In this document: piece by piece, positions 49,263-62,598 of the stretch
Layout: each line of letters begins with the position of its first letter
How positions within the stretch are numbered: the first letter of the stretch is position 1
Assembly (NCBI GenBank): GCA_964106645.2
Contig: OZ067041.1
Length of the DNA stretch: 64,000 nt
Strand: one strand, 5' to 3'
Origin: Podarcis pityusensis
Taxonomy: Eukaryota
Program-made: the position numbers and the translations under genes
Notes under the pieces: model-generated
What the model was told of the DNA's origin: nothing
What the model saw: the letters and a program-made list of their open reading frames with translations, nothing else
Databases searched by the model: none

Positions 49263-50555
49263 GTGAGTTACTATAATTGAAAAAGCTACATGCATGCAGG
49301 GGGTGGGGGTTGACTTCTCTTGCTTGACTTTTATATAAGTTCTAATTGGAGCTGCTGGTAAATTAAAATATGTAACTTTGGAAAAATAGTTTACAGTGCT
49401 GATGATTGTAAATGTTAGCATTTACAATGTCAGGATTTCAATTTGCCAGGAATTTCCAAACATAAGATGATACAGTTCATTCTCCAAAGTAATTGCTGCC
49501 TAGTGTGTTTAGTTGACCTTGGCCATTGGGATTTACAAACTGTGGTCTACAGCTGTTTGTGAAGCAGGGACAGAAGTTACCCAGAATGTTGTTGTCAGAA
49601 AACAAGGAGATGTTTGGCTGAAGAAACTTGTCAAATAATTTGCTTTTATAGGAACTGATATGAACTTTTCAGTGACTGCAGTGGAAATCTTAATACTCCA
49701 GGGTACTACAAGCAAACAAAGATGAATGTGTTTCAAGAAATGTTCAGACTTCCCTGTCTGGAAATTTGAATTAATTCCATTGATCTCGGTGCAGTTAAGA
49801 ACAGATACGAGTTTCCTTCTTTGGGATTTTTTGTTTTTCTTTGTCCTTTGTTTGCAAGCAGCTAGTTCAGAGAGCTTTATATTTTGAAGCCCAATTTACA
49901 GTGTCTGTGCTTCGAGAAAATCCAAATCGAAACTGTCACACTGCTCCTTAATTGGTTGCTCCTACATAGGGTCACCCATCCACAGCAAGCTGGAGCTGCT
50001 GAACGAAGAAACTCTTACTGTGACATGATTCAAACAGAGAATGCCATCGTTCTTTTTTCTTGCCCTTTAACCTTCTCAGGCAATAACATCCTGCACCATT
50101 TAATTTAAGGAGAGAGACAGTTGACTCATAGCTTGTTCGTCTACAGGGAATGCTGTATTATAGGATATACCTTATAATGCACTTGCTTAGTCCTTGGGTT
50201 TTGCACTTGCTTGGTGCATGGAAGCAGCATAGTGTGAATCAATCCTGTGTATGGTCCTTTTGCACATAAGCAAATCTTATTTCCATATAACCGAATCACC
50301 CCTTAAAACTGTGAACTTTTCAAATCAGAATTAATTCTTAAGTAATGTGATCCTTCATGCTATGAATGGTTTTATCTCTCAAGAAACTGGTTATGCAGAT
50401 ACTCTGAAGGGAGGCTAAATGCTACTGGGTTGGATTCAGACTTAACCACACTAAAGCTCCATTGGTTTTAGTGGGTCTACTCTAAACATGACTGAGACAC
50501 AAGATCCAGCGGACTGTTGCTGCACTTCTAGAGAACATTGTGTTATGGCTTCTAT

Positions 50556-50760
50556 GAGAAGAGCTCAGTGATAGAGCAAGTGCTTTGGGTGCAGAAAGTC
50601 CCAGTTTGGATCCCTGCTTCTCCTATGAAAAGGATCTTGGATAGCAAAGCTGGAAAAGACCATTGCCTTTAAAGAACATTTGAGACCTGCTGTCAATCGG
50701 AATAAACTGTGGTGGGTTAGATGGACCAGTAGTAACATCATATGTTCATATATGTTCCAT
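50556..50760 (+). mobile_element. tRNA-derived SINE with CR1-like tail (other pieces: 59616-59760 plus, 40345-40418 minus, 53175-53240 minus)
   Basis: Head agctcagtgatagagca...gcagaaagtcccagtttggatccc, body gctggaaaagacc...tagatggacca, tail tatgttc repeats. Confidence 0.65.
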
Positions 50761-50870
50761 AAGTGTGATAAACCATAGGCTAGTAAACTTAATGCATTCT
50801 TGCATGCCTTGTCTTGTTTCTAAGGGAATTGTTTCTCTTAATAGTTTCCCCCACCACTCTTCTTTTACAG

Positions 50871-50998
50871 TGGGGTGAATATGTATGCAATGTTGACTGG
50901 GACACTGCCGTTTACTGTGGAGCCATTCAGTCTGAGAGCACTGTACCAGAAAATGGTAGACAAAGAAATGAATCCTTTCCCTACTCAGCTCTCCACAG
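50871..50998 (+). CDS. HUNK: HUNK exon 5
   Basis: Acceptor tcttcttttacag|; GVNMYAMLTGTLPFTVEPFSLRALYQKMVDKEMNPFPTQLST; donor G|gtaaat; 128 nt. Confidence 0.96.
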
Positions 50999-52267
50999 GT
51001 AAATAATGCAGTTACTTAAGTGCTACTCCATTTACGTCCATACAGCCCTCATAATTAATGTTGTACTGTATATCAGAACTTTTGTTTCTGGTGGGCTGAG
51101 TGTTCAGAACTTTGCTGAATCAACCTATTTGGTCTGTGATTTCACACTTGATTTGTGCTTTCTGTCTCTCTCCCTGTGTTGGTTTAATCAGAAGATGGAA
51201 GGGCTACATTCTTCCCAAGAGTAAAGTCTATTGATCTTCCTGAGAGTCCCTCCTGGGCAAGTTTTCAGTCAGAATGATTTGAAATTCACTTAACCCAATT
51301 CACTGTGGAAGTTATATATCATATTATTCCAATGCATTAGGAGTAATAAATAAAAACCTAAATAAAAGCGTTCCTTTTTTACATTCCAAGCTTGGTTTCA
51401 GTATAAGATGATAGTGAGAATTACCCATAGGATTTGTTTGAAGTGTGTTTGGTGTGTCAAGCTATAAATTAGTGTCATAATGGTTATGAAGCTCTGTTCC
51501 TTAATGACCAATTTTGTACTTTAGCTGCAAGTGGGTTAGAACAAACATAACTTTGCTTGCTTTGTTTCTCTGTCAGAGCTATTGAAACTGTGGTAATTTG
51601 ACCAATCCAGTTCTTCAAATATTTGCATGTATGAGTAGTTTTCATATCCCAATGGAGTAAATGGAAAGTTTCACTTTTGCTTCAACAGCACATTTGGGGC
51701 GGGAGTTACTGCTGTTTTTTGTTACTTTCTTTGGTTTTGTTAGGTGGGGTATTTTATTAATGTTACTGGTGTCAGGAGTGGTATCAGAAGATTTACACTA
51801 AAAAAGGAGAAAATAATTGGCAGTAGGCTCTTTCTACAAGTTTATGTTCAGTATTATTGCAGAAATTAAACTTATTTCACTGTTATGCTCTTACTTCTAC
51901 CTGTTCACTATTGCAGCAGTATTGGCAATATTACTTAATAGAGAAGACCTAAGGTTGCTAGCCTTTATGCCGTGTTGCATAACTTTATACATCAAACGTT
52001 GATTAAAGTCACATTCAGTTACTGCACGTTTGGTGACTCTTCAGACACTGATTTAATATGACATTTCTTGTTATCTCTTTGTGCTTGTAACAGTAGAAGT
52101 TCTTTGCAATGCTTCACAAATTGCTGCATTAGACAAGTTTTAGAAACAGGGTGAAAGGCTTTATATTTATTTATTTGACTGTTTCTCAGTGGATGATGGC
52201 ACATTGAAAAGTTTAAATTAGCTGGTAGGCTTCACCAAAGGATTAGTGTGCATTTGCACACTTACTC

Positions 52268-52650
52268 CCTTTCACATGTTCACACACCCATCCATCCATG
52301 TTGATATCTGTCTGTCTTGGGAGACAATGGAGGAGTGTGCCTTGGGGGATGAAGTCAAACTGTTGGAAGGTTACAGCGCCTGCTGTGGCTGTAGAGACAG
52401 ATTCAGGAGAGACAGGTGAAGGGGTCCAGTTTGTCTCCTGCAGATGCACCATGGCGTTTCTTCTCTCTGCGCTCCTCCCAAAGGTCATCTCTCCTCTGGT
52501 CACTGCTGAGGATACACAAACTGACTGTCTCCAGGCACTGCAGTTGTCTGCAAGGGATTCCCCACATGACAGGGTTGATGTTGCCAGCCTTCATGTCATG
52601 TTTGCAGACATATTTGTAACACAGAGTTGGTCTGCCTGGGGCTCCCCATA
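52268..52650 (-). mobile_element. RTE-clade LINE 3' fragment
   Basis: Minus ORF GRPTLCYKYVCKHDMKAGNINP..W matches the RTE C-terminal motif GRPxLRYKDVCKRDMK; short simple-repeat tail at the left end. Confidence 0.75.
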
Positions 52651-53820
52651 GACAAAGAGCCAGACAAAATAGAGAGGGAGCACTAATGTGGTGTCTAGGC
52701 TTGAAATGCCATACACCCATTTGCTGTTTTTGTGTGCCACAACCAAGCTGGAGTCATTGGCAATTGTACCCGAAATTCAGATGTGGAAGGTGCACCTCCA
52801 GTTCAGAACCATTGACCTGAGCTTGAATCTGGGACCTTAAATGCAGCAAGCAATAACCCTGCTGGATCAGTCCAGAGATCCATCTAGTTCAATGTTGTGT
52901 TTCCCACTTTGACCAACTGGGTGCTTCCATGAAGCCCATAAGCAAAAGATAGGGAGGCAGTAGCCCCCCACCCCACCCCCGTTACCCCACTGACCCGTGA
53001 CATACTGGTTCTGAACCTGGAGTGCCAAAGACAGAAGGCCAAGTGCCTGGTATTTATATTGAACCTGGCCAATCTGAGGCTTCAGATTGCTACCTGGTCA
53101 CAGGGGTTGATGTTCCCTCCTGGGCTCAGATAGGGTTCTGAGGTTTGAGCATGTAGGAAACTCCCAGCAGATCACCATGGTTTCAGACAGGTCTTTCCCA
53201 GCCCTGCTTGGAGATGTCAGGAATTGAGCCCAGGGCTTTTACCAGTCTATGGTAGCTTATCAGGCTATATATAAGCCCAGAAATCGCTGACCATTATGCA
53301 TCTCCCTTCCCCCAGCCCCAAGTAATATGTCAAATAAATAGCAACATTTTCTGTAGGCTATTCAGCCCTCCTTCTTGAAGACGACTTTCCACAAAGCCTT
53401 TCAGGAAATATTGTTATTCTGTCAGTGATTTTAGATGGGCTGGATTCCAGAATTGTGGAACTTGGCAGAAACCTCAGACTAATTCATGGTTTCTCTTTTT
53501 ATGACTGCTGAGCTTCAGATGTGTTCCATCTGCAAAAAACTTGAGGGTTAGTGGAATTACCTCCAAAAGGATTGTTCATACAGAGCACTGAATTTTTAAC
53601 TGTGTACCCATTTTATTCTGAAGCCTTCCCTCCTCCCCATTTCAAATTGCATTGGGTGCAGAATTTATTGAAAATGCATACGCCACAGATTTATCGGTAC
53701 AGCATAGTTGCTTGTATCCCAGGGATCAACTGTGAAAAATGGTATATTGATGGTAGGCAAATGCATGGTCCATTAAGCCAACTTCATGAAGAATTAGGTG
53801 CTAGCATTTATAGCAGTTTA

Positions 53821-54082
53821 CAGTGGAGGCTTGTCCATTAGACCAAATCAGGTGCTGCCGCACCAACCACAGTCTGCCCTCAGCCAACCCCCCACCTGCT
53901 TGTCTTCTTACTTAACAGCAAGTCCCAGGGTTAGGTCTCTCCTCTAGTCTTATTGTTGCCCTTGTAGAATTCAGCAGGGAGGAGAATGGTGGGACAAAAC
54001 TAGAATTACTCAGCTCCGCCTGTCATTGGCTCTATCTATTGTTGGCTGCCCTACCAGTCCTAATGAGCATCAGCTACCACTG
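53821..54082. mobile_element. hAT-like MITE
   Basis: Imperfect TIRs cagtggaggcttgtccattag / ctaatgagcatcagctaccactg; TSD poorly preserved. Confidence 0.55.
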
Positions 54083-55225
54083 AGTTTTTAACACTACAAA
54101 TATGTTATTTGTCTTATAACAAACTTGGTAAACATGGAAGCTAAATTAAAATGAGGCGTTGGCTGCTGAGTGACATTGCTAACTCATTTCTTATAGACAG
54201 GCAGCCCAGACAGCAATTATGCTAGATCCTCCTGTGAACAATTTCATTAGATCAGATGTTTTGAACTACAGCTGTCTTCAGCCCCAGCTGGAACGGCCAA
54301 TGGTCAGGAATGATGAGAGGGCGTAGTCCACAGTATCTGGAGGCCACCACATTAGCTCGTGATATACATGAGAATTTCCTACAATTCTTGTTGATCATCA
54401 CCTTAACACATGTAAGTGCAGGAGGCAATATGCAAGCTTTCGTGTTTCCTGGGTCCTGTGATCATGCCATGTTGCTAGGAGAGGGGGTAGCTGTGTTGTT
54501 TACTGTATTTTCATTTATTGGTGTGATCACTGGTACAGGCTGCTCTTATTTTGTGTTAAACCTTACATTTTATGTGATTTTTGTACTGATGCATCCTATT
54601 TTTTATTCCATGCCACATTGAGACAGTTTGTAAGGCAATTAATAAGTTTAATAAAGAATAACAACTAGCATGTCTATCCCCAGTGAAGACTTCACCACTA
54701 TCTCTAACCCACTGGTGGATCAATGGGAGCTGTATATTGGACTCATGTGTGTTGGCTTTTGTTGGCTGAATGCTCTCAGGGTACCTTTTTGAAATACCCT
54801 CTGTTTGGCAGCTGTTCCATGCACCAGCCATAATGTGCAGAGCTGCTAATTTTATGGATAGGTCCTACTGTGTACTTTTCTACACTGATGCAAGCTGCCA
54901 GCAGGGATATGTGATGGGACAGAAACGTTGTGCAAGGGTATAAGTCACTTGCTGAGCTGTTCTGCTTCTTGGGACCACCATCTTCACATTAGGTATGATA
55001 AAGCTGAGAATGAATGACCTCTTATCAAGGATGCCATAGCAGTAAATTCCCTGTGTTGCACAGGGCTTAGATTAGATGAGCTTTAAGGTTACTTCACATT
55101 ATGTGATTGTATGAAGAACAAAACTTGGTAGCTCACACTGGATCTAATAAGGAAATGGAACCCAGTGAAGTGATGAAACAAAAGGAAAGCAGGAAAACAC
55201 CAAACTGACAGCAGAATTAAGAATG

Positions 55226-55388
55226 GATGCCTCCAGTGGTGCAGTGGGCCAGTGTGTTGGGCTGTTAACCAGAAGGTTGGTGGTTCGAGCCCACTCAAGG
55301 ACAGCTGTGGGCATGATTCCTATATCTCAGGGGGTTGGACTAGATCACTCTTTGGGTACCTTCCAGTTCTAGAATTCTATGATTCTAG
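55226..55388 (+). mobile_element. Short tRNA-derived SINE with CR1 3' tail
   Basis: B box ggttcgagccc; tail gggggttggactagat...ccttccag...attctatgattcta. Confidence 0.7.
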
Positions 55389-56037
55389 AAAGAGAAGGAA
55401 TGAAGCTGAGAAAAGGAACAAAAGCAAGATACTAAGGTTAAGAAGAGTAAACATCGGAAAAGAGTTAGTAGTTAAAAATATAAAATAGCAGTAGAAAAAA
55501 ATAGGGGAAAGACGCTTTTATAAAGAAGATAGAACAGGTCAAGCACACAAGAATGAGTTAGACGAAAAGAAACGAAGATCATTAAAAGAAATTGGAGTAA
55601 ATTTTAATGAAGAGAGAAACTGACCCTTTGGTACTGGTGTTGCCCCTGCAGAGACCATAAATTGGCTCTGGAATTACTGACCTCTCTGCCTACTGAAATC
55701 AAGTTGGCATCATCTGTAATGAGCTTCTGGTGCCAAATTAAGACTTTGTTTTTTCAGCAAGCCTTCTTAGGAAAATGATTTATAGTTCTTTAGCCTCCTT
55801 TCAGATGACCAATTTTGGTGTTTACAATTTCTGTTTCTTTAATGTATTCTGCTTGCCCTTAAGTGTTGTGTTGTTTTGGAATAATTGATAGATATATTCT
55901 TAACTGAGTTTATGGTATAGAAATTTGTAACATATGTGATGATATGCTTTGATCTTCCTTGGTATCCTCTCTCTTGTTTTTCCTGGCATGATGTCAACCC
56001 TCTTTCATGTGATTTATTTTGTTATTGCTGTATTTTA

Positions 56038-56039
<2 letters not shown>

Positions 56040-56070
<31 letters not shown>

Positions 56071-56099
56071 ATACATACATACATATATATATATATATA
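56040..56099. repeat. Compound (TG)n(TACA)n(TA)n microsatellite
   Basis: Read directly from the sequence. Confidence 0.95.
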
Positions 56100-59000
56100 A
56101 CCTAAAATGTGTAACCCCAATAAACACACCTAAAAAAAAAACGATCAATAGTAATAAATTGCAGCAAAAAATGAGAGATACTTAATGTGGTACAGTTTCC
56201 CAAGATTTAGATACACAGGGCTCCATTTCCAAAGCTGATTGATCTGTGCCACACTGGTTGCTTTTTGCGTCCGCTTTTTGACAATAGTTTGATTTTTTTT
56301 GATGATTTGCATCCCAGCTAAGCAGCAAGTTGTTCTTTTATCCTGTTGTGTTGCACAAGCTTGGAGAAATCCGAAGTGGTTCTTATGAAGAGCGCATGTG
56401 CTCAGAAAGTTTCTCAGATGTTGGCTGTGCATCTGTTCTCTGGGTTTGTGATTCATGCTTGCAAGTGCATTGTGCATGTGGGAAGGACCAATGTCAGAAC
56501 AGGATTTTTCAGTGACACATCATTCCCACCCCTAGCAGTACAGTTTTTCTGTTTCTGCTAGAGCAAGAAGCAAAGAAAATACCTGGGAAGCTATGTCTTG
56601 GTAAAACATGCACATAACAAGGCAAGCATCTGTAAAGGAGGGGCCTGTATTTCTGGATTTATTTTCTTGTTAGCTGCTCGGTCACTTGCCAGAGTGGAGC
56701 AAGGGTAATTTATTGCAGTGTTTTTAGACACAGAACTGGTCTAAGTCGGGGCCACTTTCCATACATGAAGCCTGTGGCAGCAGTTGCACTCCCATATTAT
56801 AGGCAGGATCTGTATCCATACATAGGCTTACTTTGTGAGTGGGCCTAAAACAATGGATTTTTCTTTCTGCATGACAGTTTTGCTCACAGGAGTGAAAACT
56901 CCCCTGAATGAAAACTCATAACGTAGGAAGTGACCTTTGGCCATTTTGCACACCGAAACAGGAGGCTGACCTGGATTGTTTGGTTCCATCTTGAAACACT
57001 TGCAGCTTAATAAATGCATGCCAGTCATTTAGTTGGTTCTGAACAGTGGCTCCGTATTTTGCCAAAGTGGTTTCAAGAGGTAGACTGAACATCTGTTGTA
57101 TGTTTAGCATAGAACAAGTGTTTCCAGCTTTCGCTTCCCTGCCTTGCTCTGGGTCAGTTAACCTGAGCGTCTGAAGCTAAGTGACATCTGAAACTAAACT
57201 AAAAACACACACACACACACAGTGGGGATTTGTGGGACATTCTTAAGTCTTACTCATATGACAAAGTTCCCTTCTTGAGTAGGATACTGGTACAGAACAC
57301 ATAGGCCCTGCATCTCATGTGAATATTTTTGCTGGTTGCCCCTTTAAAATGCATATGAGTGGCTCAAAACACATTCATGTGCACTTCACATCTGATGCAA
57401 GATGGGTGTGTTTTGCATTCTCTTCCAGCTCCTAAAATCCTGTAAGGTCTGAAGATTGTGCAGGTGTGTAGCCTTTAGTCTGCCAGAGAAATATCCTGTC
57501 ATGCATCCTCTGGATCCAGTTTCTTTCAGTCCCCCCCTCCCTTTAAGTAGCGAGGAGACCTTGCCCTTTCACTGTCAAAAAGATCATAAGGGGAGGGGGA
57601 GCTGGGATTTATTACGACAGGAAGGAAGGGGATTGTCAGTCTTCTTCCTAGCTGCAGGACAGGATGCACCTGTGGTTCCATATGAACATGGGTAGACAAG
57701 GAGCATAAAGGCATTAGGTACAGGAGGTCAGGCACCAGATTAGGCATATGAGGACCAACAGACCAGGGACAATTGGCATGGTGGTCACTGGCAAGTTAAG
57801 TGGACATGGATCAAAGATCAAGAAGCAAGTATTGAGCCAGAGCAAAACAGAAAGGTGAGTTCCATAGAGGGGTGGAGAGGGTAGAAGCAGGCACAAGGTC
57901 AGCAGCAGACAAGGGTCACAGTCTGTGGCAGTCAAGAAAAAGCAAAGCAGGAGAGTAGGCAGAATAGGCATGCTTAAGACAAATCACTCAAACTGGTGGT
58001 CTGACATGGCTGCAAGGCCTTATGGTGTGACCCACCTGGCCTGCCTGGCTCTTTTCAAGCAGGAGATGGGGCCTAGAGGACACCCTTTTCCTTGTTCTAA
58101 ACATCCTGGCCTTCTGAAGATCAAGAGCGCTTGCGATGTGGGAAGTACTGGTATTGGCTGCTGGAGATCCTAGTTTCAGACCTCTCCCCTTTGGTGCCTT
58201 ACAGGGAGAAAGGAATCAAGATCTTGCTGCCCCCCCCCCATATCACACACAGTCACTTCTTTATGCCCCCCCAAACCCCTACCAACATAAATTATTTTCA
58301 GGTCACCGAGTATACATTTATGACATAATAAATGCCTTAAATTCCAGGCCCAGTGCAGCAAAAGTAAGATTCTTTCAAAACGTTTAGTTCAGATTATATG
58401 TTGTGAAAATCTCTTGTTACTCTGACTAGATACCACCCAATCCTGATTTATTGGACAAGCCTTTAATTTTTTTCTCTTCCTGGCACCCTGATTTGTTGTG
58501 GAACATGAGCATGTATTTCCTTTTCCTGGCTTCATGTGGAAAGTGCATGACATCATTGCCTGGTGTGAATATGGCTAAGGGAATGCCCTTGCATAGTACT
58601 GAGAAGGTTGGATGACAATGTGGCTAATGAAGGTGGTAGCCTTTTAAAGGCAAACTTATCTTCTCTTTAGTAAAGGAAAAATCACAGACTGTTTAGGCTG
58701 CTGCGAATCTTCTTTGTGAACAGCTCTCTTTACACGTGAGGTGCAGAAATACATGGAACCTGGCACTTTTAGTTGGATTGATGTTCTTTGTAGCAAAGGG
58801 GGGGGGGAGTATTGCTGTGGTCACGTTTTCCAAGCACTTGTTGTGGAACTCATCCAAGATTATTTTGGCACCCTCTCCAAATGTTTCCTGTAGTCACTAG
58901 AGAATGCACCAGATGGGCCACTCAATACAGTTGCATGTGACGGCTGTTTTGGTACAAGTGACATGCAAAGCAGAAATTAGTTATTATGCTGAGTGCAAAG

Positions 59001-60006
59001 CCTCATTAATTTCTTGTGGCGCACACATTTAATTATACAGTCAGAGAGCAAGATTTATCCCACTGGATTTAGAGATCACAGTCTTAGGTTTTGTACTACT
59101 GAGCCTTTCTGTAGCTCAGATACCAACTTGGTTTTTTATCTTTCTTTTCTTTTTTTAAAAAGCCTCCTAACTTAAAAAGGCACATGACCCTTTTAAGATT
59201 GGGCTTTGTGACCCTCCTTTAAATCACAGAAGAAAGTGTCAGACTCTTGATTTAAGCTTAGGCATATATAAACACACATTTAATTTAAAAACATTTGAAA
59301 TAAATTACCATGCTTAAAGCTGACAATGTACTGATGGTGTGAGCAGTTTGTATAAACACAAGAGCTGTTCTTGGCATAAATCAGGCTGATGAAACCACAC
59401 AGAAGTAACTGCCATTATTTCAATAGGAGTTAGAAACCAGATTCATCAGAGTTGCATCCATAAGTGTGTTTAATTATTCGTTTTGTTATATCTGTCTTAC
59501 CTACTGAAGTGATCACTATAATGGACTTCTTTAGCTGATCTCAGTTTGTTCACGATGCATCTGATTTGATTCCATAATGCTTATTTTGTCATGTATAAAG
59601 TGCATGTCAGTTTACCAGGATCAACCCTGCAATCTCCAGTTAAAAGGTTCTGGTGATAAGGAAAGCCTGAGAGCCTGGAGTGATGCTGCCAGTCAGAGTA
59701 GACAATACTGGGCTATATAGTCCAGTTGTCTAACTCAGTTTAAGGTAGCTTCATATGTCGTAGTCTTAGAGCTATTTACACCATTTCTGTAAAAGATACA
59801 GCCCATATTTGCAGGTTTCTAGAGGTGGTGTGTCCTCCATTTGGAAACCATGTGCTTTTCTAATTCATACTGAATACCATTCATGTTATGTTTGGGGTAA
59901 TAGCTGATACGTTTTTGGTAAAGTTGCTTTCTTGTAATTAATCATCTACAAAAAGGATTTGCAAAACATGTGACACTTTTTCTCTCTCTCCTTAATGTCT
60001 TTACAG

Positions 60007-60136
60007 CGGCTGTGAACTTCCTACGATCTCTGCTAGAGCCAGATCCTACAAAGAGGCCAAACATCCAACAAGCCTTAGCGAATCGTTGGCTTAATGAGAA
60101 TGGAAAAGTTCTGAATAATGTCACGTATCCAAACAG
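60007..60136 (+). CDS. HUNK: HUNK exon 6
   Basis: Acceptor gtctttacag|; (A)AVNFLRSLLEPDPTKRPNIQQALANRWLNENGKVLNNVTYPN(R), end of the kinase domain; donor AG|gtaaac; 130 nt. Confidence 0.95.
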
Positions 60137-60239
60137 GTAAACTGTGCAAGATAAGGCTGTTTTACCAACATGATAAAGTTCCACTGAAGTCATTAGGGTT
60201 GCTTGAATGAGGAAGGGCTGCTTGAGTGAGCCAGAGGAG

Positions 60240-60241
<2 letters not shown>

Positions 60242-60283
<42 letters not shown>
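60242..60283. repeat. (GT)n microsatellite
   Basis: Read directly from the sequence. Confidence 0.95.
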
Positions 60284-60288
<5 letters not shown>

Positions 60289-62427
60289 AATGTTATCTCT
60301 CATACTCGGATCCTGCAAAATTCAGCATAAGCCCTAATGATGGGTGAATTCCCCTTGGCTCACTTCTGAATTAGTTGGCATTTATGAGCCTGGAGAATTT
60401 TCGAGAAAAGCTTGTCTCTGTTGTCCAAGAGATCTCTCCTGTTTTGAAATGTTGGTACGTGTACTGCGATGATGGCAAGCACGTGAGTTTTATTTGCCCC
60501 TAAGAACTGTAGTTCCCAGAACACCAGTCATGACCAAGAATGACTTTGAAATTCTGCCGTTCTACCATTACCACCCTCCCAGAACAAAAATACTTGGGTA
60601 CAAGAGTATCTTCGATCTGGATGAGGAACAGCAACATAAAACATTTGCAGGAAAAAGAAATCAAAACAATGGACTATATACTGGTTAAGTGGTTAAGCCA
60701 TCTGTCATGGATGCTTTAGCTGAGATTCCTGCATTTCAGGGGGTTGGACGAGATGACCCTTGGGTCCCTTCCAACGCTAAGATTCTAAGTTAAAGGCTGA
60801 GCATGAGTTCTTTTGCATCAATGTAGTATGTCTGCAGCTGCAGGGAAATTTGGATTGAGGACTCTCTGGCTCCAATAGTGTTTGGCAGGGTAGCACAGAC
60901 AGGGGTATGTTGCTCACCTGCCATCTCATCGTGAGCATCATTGCAGGTTCCTGAAACGGGTGGTGCATGGGGAGCTCAGCGCACTGCAGGTGTGTTGGCA
61001 GGTGCATCAGACTGGCTCTGCCATCCAGGCTCCCTTCCCCTCCTCCTTTTGCTCTCAGGAACCAGCAGTGATGGGAAGGCAGGTGAGCAACACTGCCCTA
61101 ATTGCACCATCCCACTGCCTGCTACTGTCTGGCTTTCAATTCTCGCCCCTTATTTGCTTTACTATGCCAGCTCTCACTTTTGATTCTTTTCAGTCTCTGA
61201 TATTTCCTCAGCAGCAGGGAGCAAGATTAGTATTCTGCAATGGTTTTAGGGTTGCTAGGACCAATTCCTGGATCAGCCCCAAATCTCTGGTGAAACCTTG
61301 CGCAAAGTCATGTTGCTTCCCCAGTGCCTTTGTCCCAGCCCTGTAGTGCGGAGGATTATATTTCCCAACCTCAAAAAGGGGTTTGTGAGGATAAAAACCT
61401 TTAATCATTGTGAGGTGCTAGTTACTATGGTAATGAGGGTTATGTAACACATGGATGGATATTAATACAGCAGAGGAGGCTGGTACCTTTCTAAGCATCT
61501 ACTGCAGATTTTATTTGATGGATATAAGCCTTATTGTGGCCACCCAATAAATTCATGGGCTGGCTGCTTCTAACCAACAAAAGTTCGCAAAGTGTGCAAA
61601 CTGAAAGAGAGAAACGGTTGCTTTAGTAGGTGCATCAGAGGATGAAATAAATCATTGTTGAAACATTGTTGTTCCACTGCCTGTTCTCTGGGGCACTTTA
61701 GATGTTATGAGTTTTCTACACAGTATATCTCTTGCAGATAGGAATTACTTAAAATGCTGAATAGAGGAAAGGGAACCAGAGATTACCTTAAAAGTGGCTA
61801 AATTCTGTGCTGCTGCTGCTATAAAATTAAGGAGACAAACTTTGAGAGAATCAAATGGCCAATGACTTAATACCTTTTAAACTAGTGATTAAGGTTTTGA
61901 CTTATATATTTTACCTGTTTTATATCTGAATTATTTATTGTCTATTATCATAAAGCTTAATTTTATCTATTTATGTCTGTATGCTCTCTGTTGTTGTATA
62001 TGTTACACTCTGGTCAGTGACTGAAATAAATGGATTCATTCATTCTTGCAGATAGGAAGAAAAAGCGAATAGTGTATGTAGATCGTCACCCATGATGATC
62101 ACGCATAAATCTATTTCATTGCGTAAGCTCGAATGCAGTCAGAATATGTACCAATCAAATGTGTTGGCCCAGCTTGGTTTTCAAGCATTTTCCAATGTGG
62201 AACTGTTTTCCATGTAAGAAAATTGTAAATTTTTCAAGCAGTCCTTAGCCAGGGTGTGTATGTTTGTTTTTGTGTGTTATGTTGAATGGCAGGCAAAATG
62301 TGTGAAGCAGATGAGTCATTGAACTAACGTTATAACCTAAGGGCCCTCTTGATCATTTTAACAGCACAATCCAGTCCATGTCTACTGAAAAATAAGTACC
62401 TCTGAATTCATTAGGGCTTACTCCCAG

Positions 62428-62598
62428 CAGAGGCAGGAGCTTACTTCAGTGGGGCTTACTCCCAGCAGCTGCTCTAGCACCTAGAGCAGTGCACATGCTG
62501 TGCACCCGGGGGCAGGGGGTGATGTCACCCCTCCCCTCAAGGATGACACCCGGGGCGGACCGCACCCCACCCCCCGCATCCCCCTTCCTCCGCCAGTG
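62428..62598. mobile_element. Internally deleted hAT element inserted into a short MITE
   Basis: 8-bp TSD actcccag at 62420-62427 and 62599-62606; ends cagaggcagga / tcctccgccagtg. Confidence 0.7.

Noticed and set aside
57500-58250. Purine-skewed segment resembling an LTR
   Set aside because: Could not define TG...CA ends with a TSD; left unannotated.
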